Shown here one piece after another: positions 60,536 through 64,000 of a stretch of 64,000 bases of DNA. Made by a program: the position numbers and the translations under genes. The number at the start of each line of letters is the position of its first letter. Positions within the stretch are counted from its first letter, which is position 1. Source of the stretch: Escherichia coli (GTDB lineage Bacteria > Pseudomonadota > Gammaproteobacteria > Enterobacterales > Enterobacteriaceae); NCBI RefSeq assembly GCF_003334335.1, contig NZ_QOWQ01000012.1; one strand, given 5' to 3'. The notes under the pieces were generated by a model. It saw nothing but the letters and a program-made list of their open reading frames with translations. It had not been told where the DNA came from and made no database searches.

Positions 60536-61183
60536 ATGGCACGAAAAACCAAACAAGAAGCGCAAGAAACGCGCCAACACATCCTCGATGTGGCTCTACG
60601 TCTTTTCTCACAGCAGGGGGTATCATCCACCTCGCTGGGCGAGATTGCAAAAGCAGCTGGCGTTACGCGCGGTGCAATCTACTGGCATTTTAAAGACAAG
60701 TCGGATTTGTTCAGTGAGATCTGGGAACTGTCAGAATCCAATATTGGTGAACTAGAGCTTGAGTATCAGGCAAAATTCCCTGGCGATCCACTCTCAGTAT
60801 TAAGAGAGATATTAATTCATGTTCTTGAATCCACGGTGACAGAAGAACGGCGTCGATTATTGATGGAGATTATATTCCACAAATGCGAATTTGTCGGAGA
60901 AATGGCTGTTGTGCAACAGGCACAACGTAATCTCTGTCTGGAAAGTTATGACCGTATAGAACAAACGTTAAAACATTGTATTGAAGCGAAAATGTTGCCT
61001 GCGGATTTAATGACGCGTCGCGCAGCAATTATTATGCGCGGCTATATTTCCGGCCTGATGGAAAACTGGCTCTTTGCCCCGCAATCTTTTGATCTTAAAA
61101 AAGAAGCCCGCGATTACGTTGCCATCTTACTGGAGATGTATCTCCTGTGCCCCACGCTTCGTAATCCTGCCACTAACGAATAA
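60536..61183 (+). CDS. acrR: TetR-family repressor of acrAB
   Basis: 215 aa; N-terminal TetR HTH ([23 protein letters not shown]); divergent from acrAB. Confidence 0.96.
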
Positions 61184-61310
61184 CCCTGAATCTGACTCCA
61201 GGATTTTTCCTGGACATTTTCGTCGTTGCTATTCTGGTTCACTGCGTCGTGATATTCTTGCGGTTTGACTTTTTCAGGTCGTTCTTCAGGTTCAGAAACC
61301 TTCATTCATC

Positions 61311-64000
61311 ATGACTATGTTCCAGTATTACAAACGATCACGGCATTTTGTTTTTTCAGCATTTATTGCTTTTGTTTTTGTCTTGTTATGCCAGAACACG
61401 GCGTTTGCGCGGGCGTCATCGAATGGTGATCTGCCGACAAAAGCGGACCTGCAGGCGCAACTTGACTCACTAAATAAACAAAAAGATCTTTCTGCTCAGG
61501 ACAAACTGGTGCAGCAGGATCTGACAGATACATTAGCCACCCTCGATAAAATCGATCGCATAAAAGAAGAGACAGTTCAGCTACGGCAAAAAGTCGCTGA
61601 AGCGCCGGAAAAAATGCGCCAGGCGACCGCGGCGTTAACAGCACTTAGCGATGTCGATAACGACGAAGAAACGCGCAAAATTCTGAGCACGCTGTCGTTG
61701 CGCCAGCTGGAAACTCGCGTTGCCCAGGCGCTGGACGATTTGCAAAACGCACAAAACGATCTGGCGTCTTATAACAGCCAGCTGGTTTCGTTACAGACGC
61801 AGCCCGAACGCGTGCAAAATGCGATGTATAACGCTTCGCAGCAGCTGCAACAAATTCGCAGTCGTCTGGATGGGACTGATGTCGGCGAGACAGCCTTACG
61901 TCCCAGCCAGAAAGTGTTAATGCAGGCCCAGCAGGCGTTGCTGAATGCGGAGATTGACCAGCAGCGTAAAAGCCTGGAAGGGAACACCGTCTTGCAGGAT
62001 ACCTTGCAAAAGCAACGTGATTACGTGACGGCGAACAGCGCTCGTCTGGAGCACCAGTTACAACTGTTGCAAGAAGCGGTAAACAGCAAGCGCCTGACTT
62101 TAACCGAAAAAACGGCGCAGGAAGCCGTCTCCCCGGATGAAGCCGCGCGTATTCAGGCTAATCCGCTGGTGAAGCAGGAACTGGAAATTAACCAGCAGTT
62201 AAGTCAGCGTCTGATTACCGCGACTGAAAACGGTAATCAGTTGATGCAGCAAAACATTAAAGTCAAAAACTGGCTGGAGCGGGCGCTGCAATCGGAACGC
62301 AATATTAAAGAGCAGATTGCCGTCCTGAAGGGCAGCCTGCTGTTGTCTCGTATCCTTTACCAGCAACAACAAACGCTGCCCTCGGCGGATGAACTGGAAA
62401 ACATGACCAACCGCATCGCGGATTTGCGTCTCGAACAGTTTGAAGTTAACCAGCAGCGTGATGCACTCTTCCAGAGCGATGCGTTCGTCAACAAACTGGA
62501 AGAAGGTCACACCAACGAAGTCAACAGCGAAGTTCACGATGCGTTATTGCAAGTGGTTGATATGCGTCGCGAATTGCTGGATCAACTCAACAAACAGTTG
62601 GGTAACCAGCTGATGATGGCCATTAACCTGCAAATCAACCAGCAGCAGTTAATGAGTGTGTCGAAAAACCTGAAATCCATCCTGACTCAGCAAATCTTTT
62701 GGGTGAACAGTAACCGTCCAATGGACTGGGACTGGATCAAAGCGTTCCCGCAAAGCCTGAAAGATGAATTTAAGTCGATGAAAATCACGGTGAACTGGCA
62801 AAAAGCCTGGCCCGCCGTTTTTATCGCTTTCCTCGCTGGTTTGCCGCTGCTGTTGATTGCCGGGCTGATCCACTGGCGTCTGGGCTGGCTGAAAGCGTAT
62901 CAACAAAAACTGGCTTCCGCTGTGGGTTCCCTGCGTAACGACAGCCAGCTCAACACACCAAAAGCGATCCTTATCGACCTGATCCGTGCGCTGCCGGTGT
63001 GCCTGATTATTCTCGCGGTTGGCCTGATTCTGTTGACCATGCAGCTCAACATCAGCGAACTGCTATGGTCGTTCAGCAAAAAACTGGCGATATTCTGGCT
63101 GGTGTTTGGCCTGTGCTGGAAGGTACTGGAGAAAAACGGCGTTGCCGTACGTCACTTCGGCATGCCGGAACAGCAGACCAGCCACTGGCGTCGGCAAATT
63201 GTCCGCATCAGTCTCGCATTGCTGCCTATCCATTTCTGGTCTGTGGTGGCAGAACTTTCCCCGCTGCATCTGATGGATGATGTGCTGGGGCAAGCGATGA
63301 TTTTCTTCAACCTGCTGCTGATTGCCTTCCTGGTATGGCCGATGTGCCGCGAAAGCTGGCGTGATAAAGAGTCGCACACCATGCGACTGGTCACCATTAC
63401 CGTGCTGTCGATAATCCCGATTGCGCTGATGGTGCTGACTGCTACAGGCTACTTCTACACTACGCTGCGTCTGGCAGGACGCTGGATTGAAACCGTTTAT
63501 CTGGTGATCATCTGGAACCTGCTGTACCAGACGGTACTGCGTGGCTTAAGCGTAGCGGCGCGGCGTATCGCCTGGCGTCGTGCGCTGGCGCGTCGGCAGA
63601 ATCTGGTGAAAGAGGGCGCAGAAGGTGCTGAACCGCCGGAAGAACCCACCATTGCACTGGAGCAAGTTAACCAGCAGACGCTGCGTATTACCATGTTGCT
63701 GATGTTTGCGCTGTTCGGTGTCATGTTCTGGGCAATTTGGTCCGATTTGATCACCGTGTTCAGCTATCTCGACAGCATCACGCTCTGGCATTACAACGGC
63801 ACTGAAGCTGGCGCTGCGGTGGTGAAAAACGTCACCATGGGCAGTCTGTTGTTTGCGATTATCGCCTCAATGGTGGCCTGGGCGTTGATTCGCAACCTGC
63901 CTGGTTTACTGGAAGTGCTGGTGCTCTCGCGACTGAATATGCGCCAGGGCGCGTCGTATGCCATTACTACCATCCTTAACTACATCATTATTGCTGTTGG
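61311..64000 (+). CDS. mscK: potassium-dependent mechanosensitive channel MscK, 3' end truncated by window edge
   Basis: Frame open from the ATG at 61311 (MTMFQYYKRSRHFVFSAFIAFVFVLL) to the window end (about 896 codons); signal peptide, long coiled-coil periplasmic domain, then TM helices. Absent from the supplied ORF list because no stop lies in the window. Confidence 0.93.
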   Translation, partial: MTMFQYYKRSRHFVFSAFIAFVFVLLCQNTAFARASSNGDLPTKADLQAQLDSLNKQKDLSAQDKLVQQDLTDTLATLDKIDRIKEETVQLRQKVAEAPEKMRQATAALTALSDVDNDEETRKILSTLSLRQLETRVAQALDDLQNAQNDLASYNSQLVSLQTQPERVQNAMYNASQQLQQIRSRLDGTDVGETALRPSQKVLMQAQQALLNAEIDQQRKSLEGNTVLQDTLQKQRDYVTANSARLEHQLQLLQEAVNSKRLTLTEKTAQEAVSPDEAARIQANPLVKQELEINQQLSQRLITATENGNQLMQQNIKVKNWLERALQSERNIKEQIAVLKGSLLLSRILYQQQQTLPSADELENMTNRIADLRLEQFEVNQQRDALFQSDAFVNKLEEGHTNEVNSEVHDALLQVVDMRRELLDQLNKQLGNQLMMAINLQINQQQLMSVSKNLKSILTQQIFWVNSNRPMDWDWIKAFPQSLKDEFKSMKITVNWQKAWPAVFIAFLAGLPLLLIAGLIHWRLGWLKAYQQKLASAVGSLRNDSQLNTPKAILIDLIRALPVCLIILAVGLILLTMQLNISELLWSFSKKLAIFWLVFGLCWKVLEKNGVAVRHFGMPEQQTSHWRRQIVRISLALLPIHFWSVVAELSPLHLMDDVLGQAMIFFNLLLIAFLVWPMCRESWRDKESHTMRLVTITVLSIIPIALMVLTATGYFYTTLRLAGRWIETVYLVIIWNLLYQTVLRGLSVAARRIAWRRALARRQNLVKEGAEGAEPPEEPTIALEQVNQQTLRITMLLMFALFGVMFWAIWSDLITVFSYLDSITLWHYNGTEAGAAVVKNVTMGSLLFAIIASMVAWALIRNLPGLLEVLVLSRLNMRQGASYAITTILNYIIIAV

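Overview
This window reads as one contiguous, conserved enterobacterial core-chromosome segment with the gene order of E. coli K-12 (queA partial, tgt, yajC, secDF, yajD, tsx, yajI, nrdR-ribD-ribH-nusB-thiL-pgpA, yajO, dxs-ispA-xseB, thiI, yajL-panE, yajQ, yajR, cyoABCDE, ampG-yajG, bolA, tig, clpPX, lon, hupB, ppiD, ybaV, fadM, queC, ybaE, cof, decR, mdlAB, glnK-amtB, tesB, ybaY, atl, ffs, ybaA, pdeB, ylaC, maa, hha-tomB, acrRAB, mscK partial). I call 59 protein-coding genes and one ncRNA (ffs, 4.5S SRP RNA), plus intrinsic terminators, REP elements and several promoter or operator sites. Identification rests on recognising the supplied ORF translations and catalytic motifs from memory; no database search was run. 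Several true starts lie inside the supplied ORFs, and six genes start at GTG. I see no integrase, transposase, tRNA, phage gene, CRISPR array or flanking direct repeats, so I find no evidence here for a horizontally acquired island or a novel multi-gene system. The findings worth a second look are smaller: an 18-bp perfect inverted repeat in the panE/yajQ divergent region, the SgrR-like orphan regulator ybaE divergent from cof, the small HNH-motif protein yajD, the 545-bp AT-rich tomB leader, and a few candidate regulatory sites. Many long antisense ORFs in the six-frame track are rejected as shadow ORFs.
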